DNA from: an uncultured Gemmatimonadales bacterium
Lineage (GTDB): Bacteria; Gemmatimonadota; Gemmatimonadetes; Gemmatimonadales; Gemmatimonadaceae
Assembly: GCA_963707505.1 (NCBI GenBank)
Contig: CAVPQB010000004.1
Span: 1,312,001-1,376,000, forward strand
Reading direction: 5' to 3'
DNA length: 64,000 nt
Positions 41,872 to 51,285 of this stretch are shown in pieces (the stretch's first letter is position 1; every line of letters begins with the position of its first letter). The notes below the pieces were generated by a model. The model was not told where the DNA came from. It saw only the letters and a program-made list of their open reading frames with translations, and did not search any database. Both the position numbers and the translations under genes were made by a program.

Positions 41872-43470
41872 TCACGCCAACGCGTACTGCTGCGTCACGT
41901 CCCGCCCCTGGGACTTCACAACCAGCTTGAACTCATCGGGCCTAAGTAGCGGATCGTCACGCATTTCCAGCGAAAACGACGCCGACTTCTGCAGCTTCTG
42001 CACGAGGTCCCGCTCCTGCTCCAGAACGTACATCGCGACCTCTGGATGCAGCTTCACCAGCAGATTGTCGCGACGCCCTTCGAGCACCATCCGGCGCACA
42101 GAGCGCTCCATCCGGCGCACTATCGTCTCGGGGGTGAAGACCCGCCCACTGCCATGACATGTGGGACACGCTTCCGTCATGCTCTGATAGTGACTCTGCC
42201 GCACGCGCTGGCGAGTCATCTCGACCAGCCCGAGATCGCTCACCGCAAATGCCTTGGTCCGCGCGCGGTCGCGCGAGAGATGGTTCCGTATCTCCTGAAG
42301 CACCTTGTCACGGTTCGACTTGGTCTCCATGTCGATGAAGTCCGTGACGATGATCCCGCCCACGTCGCGCAATCTCAACTGCCGCGCGACCTCTGCGGCA
42401 GCCTCCATGTTGGTCCGAAGAACGGTCTGCTCTGGATCCTTCTTGCCCGTGTAACGCCCCGAGTTCACGTCGATCGAGACCAGCGCTTCCGTCGGCTCGA
42501 TGATCAGATATCCGCCCGAGGGCAGATCGCAGCGACGCTTGAAGATGTCCCTGATCTCCGACTCGATCTCGAACTTGTCGAAGAGAGGCGGCTCCTCAGC
42601 GTGCAGCTTCACGCGCGGGATCAGATCCGGTGCGATGTCCTCCAGATAGTCCACGATCTCGTTGAAGACCTGCTTCGAATCCACGGTCAGCGAATCGACC
42701 TTGGCGCTGAACAGGTCGCGCACCAGTCCGCGCGTGAGACCTGTTTCACGATGGATGACCGCCGGTGCGCGCACGAACCGCGTCTTCTTCTTGATCCGCT
42801 TCCACTGCGATATGAGCGCCTCGAGCTCGCGCTTGAGCATGTCCGGCGTCACGTCCTCGCTCACGGTGCGAACGATCACGCCGCCGACCTTCTCCGGCAA
42901 AAAGCCGCGGACCATCTCCTTGAGTCGCTGGCGCTCAGCACCGGCACCGATCTTTCGGCTCACCCCGACCTTGGTGCCGCCGTCCGGGATGTACACCAGG
43001 AACCGGCCCGCCAGAGAGATCTGTGCCGTGACGCGCGGACCCTTGGTCGAGATCGGCTCCTTGGTCACCTGAACCAGAATGTCCTGACCGCGCTTGAGAC
43101 TGTCCTGGATCGGCGGGACCTTGCCGCGGCGACCATTGCCGCCGTTGCCATGCCCGTTGCCGCCGTTGCCGCCGCCGTTGCCGTTGGCTGGCTCGGCGTC
43201 GTCGTCGTCATGATCGTCCGGATCGGAGTCGTCATCCGAGTCGTCCGCCTGGACGTCGGACGCGTGGAGGAAGGCACTCTTCTCCGTCCCGATATTGACG
43301 AAGGCTGCCTGAATGCCGGGAAGGACGGCTTCCACCTTCCCAACGTAGATGTCGCCGATCATTCGGCGGTTATCTGGACGGTCGACCAACAGCTCTACGA
43401 GGCGGTCGTCCTCCAGAATCGCGATGCGCGTTTCGCGCGCAGCCGCGTTTATGAGGATTTCACGTTTCAT
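41872..43470 (-). CDS. rne: RNase E/G-family endoribonuclease
   Basis: GDIYVGKV..PGIQAAFV, IDVNSG, DFIDM and CPTCHGSG zinc link. No long C-terminal scaffold. Confidence 0.92.
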   Translation of the reverse strand: MKREILINAAARETRIAILEDDRLVELLVDRPDNRRMIGDIYVGKVEAVLPGIQAAFVNIGTEKSAFLHASDVQADDSDDDSDPDDHDDDDAEPANGNGGGNGGNGHGNGGNGRRGKVPPIQDSLKRGQDILVQVTKEPISTKGPRVTAQISLAGRFLVYIPDGGTKVGVSRKIGAGAERQRLKEMVRGFLPEKVGGVIVRTVSEDVTPDMLKRELEALISQWKRIKKKTRFVRAPAVIHRETGLTRGLVRDLFSAKVDSLTVDSKQVFNEIVDYLEDIAPDLIPRVKLHAEEPPLFDKFEIESEIRDIFKRRCDLPSGGYLIIEPTEALVSIDVNSGRYTGKKDPEQTVLRTNMEAAAEVARQLRLRDVGGIIVTDFIDMETKSNRDKVLQEIRNHLSRDRARTKAFAVSDLGLVEMTRQRVRQSHYQSMTEACPTCHGSGRVFTPETIVRRMERSVRRMVLEGRRDNLLVKLHPEVAMYVLEQERDLVQKLQKSASFSLEMRDDPLLRPDEFKLVVKSQGRDVTQQYALA

Positions 43471-43577
43471 TGTAGCCCACGCAGGCCCGGGATCGTGTTA
43501 CAGGGTCCCTGCCTCGGCGCGGTCCAAAAGAGAAATAGACTGGGGCGCCGGAGTAGCCGGCGCCAACATGAATAAAG

Positions 43578-44123
43578 CTACGTGCGGAGGGTCCGGAACG
43601 CCAGCCAAATCATTGCCAGAACATAAGTTAGGCCGGCTTTCCACTCCCCGTGCTTCATGTAGAGGGCAGCATCGAAGCGGTTCATGGAGTCGGCATCGCC
43701 ACGCCAGGGCGCCGGCCGCGGGAAGAACAGGGGCACATTGGTCGCATAACGACCGTACGCTTCCGGGAAGCGTCCTTCGATGTTCACGATCTCGCGCCGC
43801 ATCGTCGGATAGTAGATGAGCAGGAAGAATACGACGACTGCGACAAGCAGACTCCAGTGCGCCGCGACGGCAAATCCCGCGGCGATCAGGAAGCTTCCGA
43901 AGTACAATGGATTTCGAGTATGAGCATACGGACCGCTGGTAGCGAGCCGCTCATTCTTGTTGATGTGTCCCGACGCCCATGCGCGCACCAGAACACCGAT
44001 CAATGCAATCGCTCCGCCGAACACGAGCGAGCCCATGGTTGGGTGCGCGAAGATGACGTACGCAATTCCGAGAACGAAGCCCAGCGGGATGCGAAGTGTC
44101 TTGGCGACTTCCGAAAGCGTCAC
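43578..44123 (-). CDS. Isoprenylcysteine/phospholipid methyltransferase-family protein
   Basis: LATSGPYAHTRNPLYFGS, VPLFFPR. Confidence 0.82.
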   Translation of the reverse strand: MTLSEVAKTLRIPLGFVLGIAYVIFAHPTMGSLVFGGAIALIGVLVRAWASGHINKNERLATSGPYAHTRNPLYFGSFLIAAGFAVAAHWSLLVAVVVFFLLIYYPTMRREIVNIEGRFPEAYGRYATNVPLFFPRPAPWRGDADSMNRFDAALYMKHGEWKAGLTYVLAMIWLAFRTLRT

Positions 44124-45337
44124 GCCGTGAGCCCGCGCAGAATGTGACGGCCGATCACGAGCCGTTGAATCTCCGATGTCCCCTCGCCGATCTCACATAT
44201 CTTGGCGTCGCGCATCATTCTCTCGACCGGGTAATCCTTGGTGTAGCCGTAGCCGCCGTGAATCTGCACGGCTTTGGTGGTGGCGCGCATCGCCAACTCG
44301 GAGCAGAACAGCTTGGCCATCGCCGCTTCCTTGCCGAACGGCTTGCCGTGCTGCGACAGCCACGCGGCGTGAAACACGAGATGTCGACCCGCCTCGATCT
44401 CTGTCGCCATGTCGGACAGTTGAAACTGCACGCCCTGGAAATCCGCGATCGGCTTCCCGAACTGCTTTCGCTCCGACGCGTATCTCAGCGCCTGCTCGTA
44501 CGCGCCCTCGGCGATTCCGAGCGACAGCGCGCCGATGCCGATGCGACCCGAATCCAGCGTCTGCATGAAATTCGTGAAGCCCTCACCCTCGTTGCCGAGG
44601 AGATTTTCCTCCGGCACCTCGACGTCTTCGAATACCAGCTCGCGCGTATCCGACGAGCGCCAGCCGAGCTTGTCTTCCTTCTTGCCGGCGCGGAATCCCT
44701 TCATCGCGGGTAGCGACTCGTCGTGTCCGATCCCGATCTGCTTCGCTGTCTCGAGGTCGGTGGTCGGCTTGGTGAGAATGAACGAGCTGATTCCCTTGGT
44801 TCCGCGGCTCGGATCGGTGACTGCGGTGACGACGAAGATCTCGCCAACCCCACCGTGCGTGATGAAGATCTTGGAGCCGTTCAGTATGTAGCGGTCTCCG
44901 CGCTTCTCCGCGCGTGTGCGCGTTCCGCCGGCGTCGCTTCCGGCCGACGGCTCCGTGAGACCAAAGCCGCCGAGGACCTTTCCGGACGCAAGCAGCGGGA
45001 CGTAGCGCTTGCGCTGCGCATCATTGCCGAACTTGACAATGGGTGATGTGCCGAGGGTCGTGTGAGCGGAGATTGTTATCGCGTGCGAAGCATCGACTTT
45101 GGCCATCTCGTGTATGGCGATGATGTACGACGTCAGGTCGAGGCCGGCACCGCCCAATTCTTCCGGCCAGGGCACGCCAAGAAGTCCGAGCTCGCCCATT
45201 CCCTTGACGTTGTCCCAGAGAAACTTTCCTTCCGCGTCGAGCTTGGCTGCAACCGGTGCGACGTGATCCCGCGCAAATCCGCGGACGGTGTCGCGCACTG
45301 CAAGATGTTGTTCGGAGAAGTAGAAGGAATCGTCCAT
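44120..45337 (-). CDS. Acyl-CoA dehydrogenase (short/branched-chain type)
   Basis: FGLTEPSAGSD, RKQFGKPI, QIHGGYGY, IGEGTSE. Confidence 0.93.
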   Translation of the reverse strand: MDDSFYFSEQHLAVRDTVRGFARDHVAPVAAKLDAEGKFLWDNVKGMGELGLLGVPWPEELGGAGLDLTSYIIAIHEMAKVDASHAITISAHTTLGTSPIVKFGNDAQRKRYVPLLASGKVLGGFGLTEPSAGSDAGGTRTRAEKRGDRYILNGSKIFITHGGVGEIFVVTAVTDPSRGTKGISSFILTKPTTDLETAKQIGIGHDESLPAMKGFRAGKKEDKLGWRSSDTRELVFEDVEVPEENLLGNEGEGFTNFMQTLDSGRIGIGALSLGIAEGAYEQALRYASERKQFGKPIADFQGVQFQLSDMATEIEAGRHLVFHAAWLSQHGKPFGKEAAMAKLFCSELAMRATTKAVQIHGGYGYTKDYPVERMMRDAKICEIGEGTSEIQRLVIGRHILRGLTA

Positions 45338-45351
45338 TATCGGGTATCGTG

Positions 45352-47421
45352 TTATCCCTGATCGTCGGCCAGCGCAGCCATGAACCGCGCACCGAACCGC
45401 TCGGTCTTGACCGGTCCGATTCCGCGCAGCTCGCCAAACGCGGAGAGTGTGCGCGGACGGTGCACCGCGATCTGCCGGAGCGTCTTGTCGTCGAACACAA
45501 TATAGGCAGGGACCTCTTCTTCCCGCGCTATTTCGCGCCTGAGGGCACGGAGGCGATCGAACAGCTCCCGCGCCGGTGCCGGTAGGTCATCGGCGGCATC
45601 CGGCGCTTCGCGAGCGCGACCGCGAGCAGGTTTTGGAACGGGAGCGCCGCGCGTGCGGGCGGTCGATCGGCTTCGGGCTGGCGATTCTTCCTTTGCGGGA
45701 CGCGGCGCTGTGGTGCCCTGGCAATTGTCGCATCCCGAGCAGCTGTTGCCCGCCGCCGGATCGCCGAAATATCGAAGGACGAAGGCGCGCCGACAGCTCT
45801 TCGCATATGCGTAGCGCTGAACGGCTTCGAGCTTCTCGAGCTCGGCCTGGCGCCGCTGGTCCAGCGATTTCCAATCGACCTTGAAGCTGTCCAGGTCGCG
45901 CGATGGTGCGACGAGCGTAATGCCCCCACCGATTCTCTGCGCCGTTACGAACTGGCGATTCTCCAGAGATTCCAGCGTGTCCTGAATTTCCATCGGCGCG
46001 CCGAGTCCCGATGGAAGCGAGGCGATGTCCACTATCGCGCCGTCGTTCAGATCGTTGCCGGCGGCGCGCCAGAGCGCGCGAAGAACACCGAGCGCGATTG
46101 CGTCATCGGAATTGGAGAGCTCTCGCTTGATGCGCGTTGGAGTCGCAAGAAGCCTCACGCGCACGAGTGACGCTGACTCCTGCGCCTTTACCGTCGCGGC
46201 CGCCTGTTCCAGCACGCGCAGCGCGCTCTCGATGTCGCGCGCGTTGATCTTTCCCGGAACGGCGCTCGCGAGCTCTTCCGGCGACTCCGATATCGTCGCG
46301 GACCGATTGGCGAGACGTTGCAGCGTCGTGTAGACTCGCGTCACCAGCTCGCGCTCTGGATACGCGCCCTTTATGAAATACTCGTGCGTGAAGCGATCCT
46401 GGAAAGCATGCAGCAGGATCGCCTCGGACGGCAGGCCGTCACGCCCCGCACGGCCCGCTTCCTGATAGTACGCTTCGAGCGTTCCGGGCATCGAGTGATG
46501 AACCACAGCGCGCACGTTGGCCTTGTCGATTCCCATTCCGAACGCGTTGGTCGCGACGATGACCCGTACGCGCTCGGTCATGAAGTCTTCCTGAACTTCG
46601 TGCCTGTGGACGTCGTCCAGCCCCGCGTGATATGCCGCAGCAGAAATCCCTTCCCGCTGCAACATGGACGCGATCCGCTCTACCGACTTGCGCGTTGCGG
46701 CGTACACGACGGTCAGGCCGGGCCGATCACTCAATACCTGAACCAGCAGCGCATCCTTGCCGGCGTCGTTGCGGGCAGGAACCACCGAATAGCTCAGATT
46801 GGTGCGATCGAATCCGGTGATCACGACCTTGGGATCGCGCAATGCAAGCTGCCGCGCGATGTCACGCCTTACTGTTGGAGTCGCAGTAGCGGTCAGCGCA
46901 ATGGTCGGCGGATCACCCAGCGCCTCACGCACAGCGCGCATCCGGAGATAACTCGGCCTGAAGTCATGACCCCACTGGCTTATGCAGTGAGCCTCGTCGA
47001 TCGCGAGCAACGACACTCCACCACGGCGCAGCTGCTCGGCGGTGCTGCCGGCATCGAAGCGCTCGGGTGCCATGTACAACATCTTGATCTCGCCGCGCGC
47101 AACGCGGGCCATGCGGTCGGAAACCTGGCCGTTGGTCAGAGTGCTGTTCACAAACGCCGCGGCGATTCCCTTTGCCTCGAGCGCATCGACCTGATCCTTC
47201 ATCAGCGAGATCAATGGCGATACAACCACGGTAAGACCCGGGAGGAGCAACGCCGGCACCTGATAGCACAACGATTTACCGCCGCCGGTCGGCAGAATCA
47301 CGAGCGTGTCGCGCCCCTGCAACACGGACTCGACAGCGATCTCCTGTCCCGCGCGGAATGCGGGATATCCGAAGGCTTTGCCGAGCGTGGCGCGCGCATC
47401 ATCCAGAGTTGGGACTGTCAT
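45352..47421 (-). CDS. recQ: RecQ-family DNA helicase
   Basis: PTGGGKS, DEAH, QEAGRAGRDG, CRR..CSGCDNC zinc site, C-terminal HRDC. Confidence 0.93.
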   Translation of the reverse strand: MTVPTLDDARATLGKAFGYPAFRAGQEIAVESVLQGRDTLVILPTGGGKSLCYQVPALLLPGLTVVVSPLISLMKDQVDALEAKGIAAAFVNSTLTNGQVSDRMARVARGEIKMLYMAPERFDAGSTAEQLRRGGVSLLAIDEAHCISQWGHDFRPSYLRMRAVREALGDPPTIALTATATPTVRRDIARQLALRDPKVVITGFDRTNLSYSVVPARNDAGKDALLVQVLSDRPGLTVVYAATRKSVERIASMLQREGISAAAYHAGLDDVHRHEVQEDFMTERVRVIVATNAFGMGIDKANVRAVVHHSMPGTLEAYYQEAGRAGRDGLPSEAILLHAFQDRFTHEYFIKGAYPERELVTRVYTTLQRLANRSATISESPEELASAVPGKINARDIESALRVLEQAAATVKAQESASLVRVRLLATPTRIKRELSNSDDAIALGVLRALWRAAGNDLNDGAIVDIASLPSGLGAPMEIQDTLESLENRQFVTAQRIGGGITLVAPSRDLDSFKVDWKSLDQRRQAELEKLEAVQRYAYAKSCRRAFVLRYFGDPAAGNSCSGCDNCQGTTAPRPAKEESPARSRSTARTRGAPVPKPARGRAREAPDAADDLPAPARELFDRLRALRREIAREEEVPAYIVFDDKTLRQIAVHRPRTLSAFGELRGIGPVKTERFGARFMAALADDQG

Positions 47422-47530
47422 GCCTGAATGATTCAGCGGATGCGCCCGCGCAGTCGAATCGATCCTGCTCGCCTCAAGGCAATACTATCCAGGGGCGCAG
47501 CCAGAGAATCGCCCATCGATGCTGTGCCGA

Positions 47531-50011
47531 TCAGACGGCTCGCGCAAAGTGGCCGCGCGTGAACGCGGACCCGACGACCGAGCGGACTGAGTCAGTTGGC
47601 CCCGATGCACCAGATGCGAGCGAGTCGATCAACTGGCGGTAACCGGCAACTACCTCTGCAACGGGGTCGCCGGGTACGTTGAATACCGCGTTGAACGAGC
47701 GGACGCCAACGCTCCAGAGCCTTGGTATGTATTCCGAGCCTTCGATCGGGCGTGAGTGCAACAGCCGGTTGCGACAGGCGCTGTCGGTTGCCACCGCAAA
47801 TGTGTAACCAGCCGGATCCGTCAGCGATACGTTCCTGTGTTTCTGCACGCACAGATCGCGACACGTCGTCGGCTCGCGATCGAAAGCTGCGGACAGCACA
47901 CAGTGCTCGATGGTCATCCCTTCTGGCCGGCCATACACGAGAACGTCGAACCCGCTTCCGTTCCATGGCGCTACGAGTTCGCGAAGCTCGTCCACCGTCA
48001 GCTCAATGGAGGGAACGATCCGCCGAACTCCGTTCCCGAACAGATGCGCTGCGGTATGCTGGTTGAAACAGTTCACCGCGTAGTCTGCAATTACGTCGCG
48101 ACCCTGGCGCGCAAGCTCGACGACCAGTCCAACGTGGCCCGATACGATCGGCAGATCCAGCGCGAGCCACTTGTCCACGACCGCACGATCCTCCGGGCGA
48201 ACGATGCTCGGCGTGCGAATGCGCAGCGAAACCCCAACTCCTGAAAGTTCAGTAGTTAGCGCACGGACGCGTGACACAGGCGGCGTTGGGTGGCGCAGGA
48301 ATGGATCGAGCACGATCTCTGTAGCGCCCGCGGCAGCGGCCGCACGCGCATCGGCGAGATCGTACACGTGCGCTGACAACGTCGGTCTGTCGTTCGCCGG
48401 CGTTCGGTTCACAGCAACTTCCGCAATCGCCGCCGAGATCCGCTCCGCGCGCTCACCAAGCCGTGATGCGTTGCCCCACTCGACCCGTTGCTCCAGATCG
48501 GCGATCGCGCTCTGGCGCAGATGGTTCAGAACGCTTACGGGAATGAACTGACCCGCGCCAAGCCCGTTCGCGTCCACTTCGCGCAGCGCGAAGCCGGTCT
48601 CCCCGAGCCGGCCCAGCTGCTCGCGCAGCTGCGCGACGTCGAGCGCGCGCTTCGACGCCGTTGCCAGCGCGATGTCACTGCGTACGACGACGTCTCCGAC
48701 GTCCGATCTGAACACGAGCTTGAGAGGCGAACCCACGCTGCCGAACGCGGCGACGTCGACAGGACGCTTGCGCGCGGGCGACAGCTCCACCGACTCGAAG
48801 CTCGCCCGCGCACGCGCGAGAAGTGTGGCGTCGGAGCTGCGAACCACGACCGCGCCAACCTGCGGATGCGCACGCAATGTCAGAGCCTGACGGAGTCTTC
48901 CGTTCGTCTCGCTCAACGTACGCACCGAGGTAACAGTCGCGCCGATGGTCTCGACTCCGCGACCGCCCTCGAACGCGACTCCGTCGCCTGCTTCGATTCG
49001 AGTCGACACCTCTACAACTACTTCACGCGCGCTGACGTCCACAACGGTGCCCAACTCCACGCCACGGTTGTCCGGTTGATCGCGCGTGACGTACTCGCGG
49101 CCGGCCCGCCCTCGGTACATTCCCGGCGTAAAACCGCGGCTGAAGATCTGAACCAGATCCTGCACTTCGTCTACCGCCGGCGGGGTCGTATCGCCTTCCC
49201 CAACGCGCGTTAGAAAATCGCGATATCCCCGCGTGACAGTCGCTACGTACTCCGGCCGCTTCTTTCGGCCTTCGATCTTGAGACAACCCACACCGGCATC
49301 TGCGATGTCGGCCAGCGAGTCGTACGCGCCAAGGTCCTTCGCGGAGATGAGGAAGCCGGTGTCGAGCGTCTGGCCCGTCGTGGAATCCGTAAGCGTGTAG
49401 TCCTTGCGGCACGACTGTGCGCACGATCCGCGATTAGCGCTGCGCTCGGAGATCATCCCGGACATGTAGCACTGGCCGCTGTACGAGATGCAGAGCGCGC
49501 CATGTATGAAGGACTCGAGCCCGAGCTCCGGCACAGCGGAGTGAATCGCGCGAATGTCTTCGATCGTGTTCTCGCGTGCCAACACAACGCGATCGATCCC
49601 CAGCTCCTGCATCAGCCGTGCGCCCGATTCGTCGTGCACGGTCATCTGGGTCGAGCCGTGTATCTCGAACCCCGGGTACACCGTATTGATGAGCTTGACG
49701 AGCCCGATATCCTGCACGATCGCTGCGTCGATCCCGCGATCGATTGCCTGACCCAGAAAATCGAGCGCGTCGCTCAGCTCGGCGGGCTTCACGAGCGTGT
49801 TGAGCGTCAGGTAGATCCTCGTCCCGCGAGAGTGCGCCAGCGCACATGCGGCTTCGAGCTCGTCCAGTGTCAGCTGGGCGCCCTCGTCCCGCGCATTGAA
49901 CTTCTCGGCGCCGAGGTACACGGCGTCGGCGCCGTTCGCGACGGCGGCCCGAACGGCATCCAGAGAGCCGGCGGGTGACAGGAGTTCGGGAATGTTTCGG
50001 GTGGCCTTCAC
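47531..50011 (-). CDS. Long U32-family protein (RlhA-like Fe-S RNA hydroxylase)
   Basis: PELLSPAG, HGALCISYSGQC..NRGSCAQSCR, LKIEGR, and a second degenerate Cys-containing C-terminal domain. Confidence 0.82.
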   Translation of the reverse strand: MKATRNIPELLSPAGSLDAVRAAVANGADAVYLGAEKFNARDEGAQLTLDELEAACALAHSRGTRIYLTLNTLVKPAELSDALDFLGQAIDRGIDAAIVQDIGLVKLINTVYPGFEIHGSTQMTVHDESGARLMQELGIDRVVLARENTIEDIRAIHSAVPELGLESFIHGALCISYSGQCYMSGMISERSANRGSCAQSCRKDYTLTDSTTGQTLDTGFLISAKDLGAYDSLADIADAGVGCLKIEGRKKRPEYVATVTRGYRDFLTRVGEGDTTPPAVDEVQDLVQIFSRGFTPGMYRGRAGREYVTRDQPDNRGVELGTVVDVSAREVVVEVSTRIEAGDGVAFEGGRGVETIGATVTSVRTLSETNGRLRQALTLRAHPQVGAVVVRSSDATLLARARASFESVELSPARKRPVDVAAFGSVGSPLKLVFRSDVGDVVVRSDIALATASKRALDVAQLREQLGRLGETGFALREVDANGLGAGQFIPVSVLNHLRQSAIADLEQRVEWGNASRLGERAERISAAIAEVAVNRTPANDRPTLSAHVYDLADARAAAAAGATEIVLDPFLRHPTPPVSRVRALTTELSGVGVSLRIRTPSIVRPEDRAVVDKWLALDLPIVSGHVGLVVELARQGRDVIADYAVNCFNQHTAAHLFGNGVRRIVPSIELTVDELRELVAPWNGSGFDVLVYGRPEGMTIEHCVLSAAFDREPTTCRDLCVQKHRNVSLTDPAGYTFAVATDSACRNRLLHSRPIEGSEYIPRLWSVGVRSFNAVFNVPGDPVAEVVAGYRQLIDSLASGASGPTDSVRSVVGSAFTRGHFARAV

Positions 50012-50024
50012 CCCCGCAATCTAA

Positions 50025-50180
50025 TTACGCTCTCGGACGGACGAAACGGAGCAGAAACGCCCCGAGAAGGCAGACAATAGCTGCAAGACGATAAGCGACC
50101 ACGCCGGACCTGATCGAGAACGCAAAAAGGACGATCGCACAAATCGCAAGTCCGATCTTGAACGAGTCGATGCGCCTCAT
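50025..50180 (-). CDS. Unannotated 51-aa membrane protein with two TM segments
   Basis: MRRIDSFKIGLAICAIVLFAFSIRSGVVAYRLAAIVCLLGAFLLRFVRPRA. ATGA overlap with the hydratase stop; fills the gap to U32. Confidence 0.72.
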   Translation of the reverse strand: MRRIDSFKIGLAICAIVLFAFSIRSGVVAYRLAAIVCLLGAFLLRFVRPRA

Positions 50181-50935
50181 GCTTTCTTCGTGAACCGTAG
50201 AACGCCGTTGCGGAAGTCCTCGGTGGTTCGGGCCGCGACATTCGTGCGCGCGCCGGCGAGAACACCCTCGCGGAAATCCAGCCCATCGAGCTGATAGAAC
50301 AGCGTCTTGGTGAGCGCCTGCGCGCTTGCCGACGATTCCGCGATCTCACGCGCGATCAGCTTTGCAGCTTCTGCGAAATCGTCGCCGCCGATCACGCGAC
50401 TCACCAGGCCCATTGCAAGCGCTTCGGCCGCTTCGATGCGTCTCCCGCTTGCGACCAGGTCGTAGGCGCGCTTCTCGCCAACGGACCGGCGGAGCATCGT
50501 CATCACCATTGCAGGTACGAAGCCGACGAGAACCTCCGGGTAGCCGAACTGGGCGTCTTCGTGTGCGATCACGATGTCTGCGGCGGTGGCCAACCCTGCA
50601 CCGCCGGCAAGGGCACGTCCACGCACGGCCGCTATCACCGGCTTGGGCATCTCGCGCATCGCGATGAATACGCGTCCGAGCGCCTCGGCGTCGGCATAAT
50701 GCTGCTCCGGTGTTGCGCCGAGCATGCCGGCGAGCTCTGTGAGATCGGCGCCAGCGCAGAAGTCGACGCCGTCGGCGCTAAGCAGAACGGCATGAGTGCC
50801 AGTGTGCTGTGCGCACGACGTGAAGGCTTGCAGGAGCTCGTGCGTCGTCTCGTGGTCGAGTGCGTTACGCTTCTCCGGCCGCGCGAGCGTGATGTGCGCG
50901 AGTGCGCCGTCGGACTCGACGCGAATGCGGTTCAT
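50177..50935 (-). CDS. Crotonase-family hydratase (methylglutaconyl-CoA hydratase/AtuE-like)
   Basis: FCAGADL, GGAGLA (first catalytic Glu absent), YPEVLVG. Confidence 0.85.
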   Translation of the reverse strand: MNRIRVESDGALAHITLARPEKRNALDHETTHELLQAFTSCAQHTGTHAVLLSADGVDFCAGADLTELAGMLGATPEQHYADAEALGRVFIAMREMPKPVIAAVRGRALAGGAGLATAADIVIAHEDAQFGYPEVLVGFVPAMVMTMLRRSVGEKRAYDLVASGRRIEAAEALAMGLVSRVIGGDDFAEAAKLIAREIAESSASAQALTKTLFYQLDGLDFREGVLAGARTNVAARTTEDFRNGVLRFTKKA

Positions 50936-51285
50936 GCGGACGGCAGACCGAGAGCGCGCGCCTCGGCGTCAGGTACCTCGAGCATCATGCGCAGCAACGC
51001 GGTCGAGTACACTTTCCCCTGCGCATCGGTCTTGAGCGACAGTGTCCCACCGCCGCCAAGCGCCCCATGCAACAGAAAGTTGAGAGCGTTCAGGTTCGGC
51101 AGCTCGAACCGATCGACCTCGCCCTTGATCATTCCCGCGAAGTGTTGCGTAACGCGCGCCTGCGTCAGCTCCCGGCTGATGAGGGGATACCACTCGGGCC
51201 GGTTCGCGATGATTCCGACGTTCGCTGTATCGCCCTTGTCACCGGATCGCGCGTGCGCGATGTCGAGCAAGCGTACTATCATCAA
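50932..51285 (-). CDS. Stand-alone AtuA C-terminal-like domain protein
   Basis: AHARSGDKGD..LGGGGT.SLKTDAQGK. Confidence 0.8.
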   Translation of the reverse strand: MMIVRLLDIAHARSGDKGDTANVGIIANRPEWYPLISRELTQARVTQHFAGMIKGEVDRFELPNLNALNFLLHGALGGGGTLSLKTDAQGKVYSTALLRMMLEVPDAEARALGLPSA

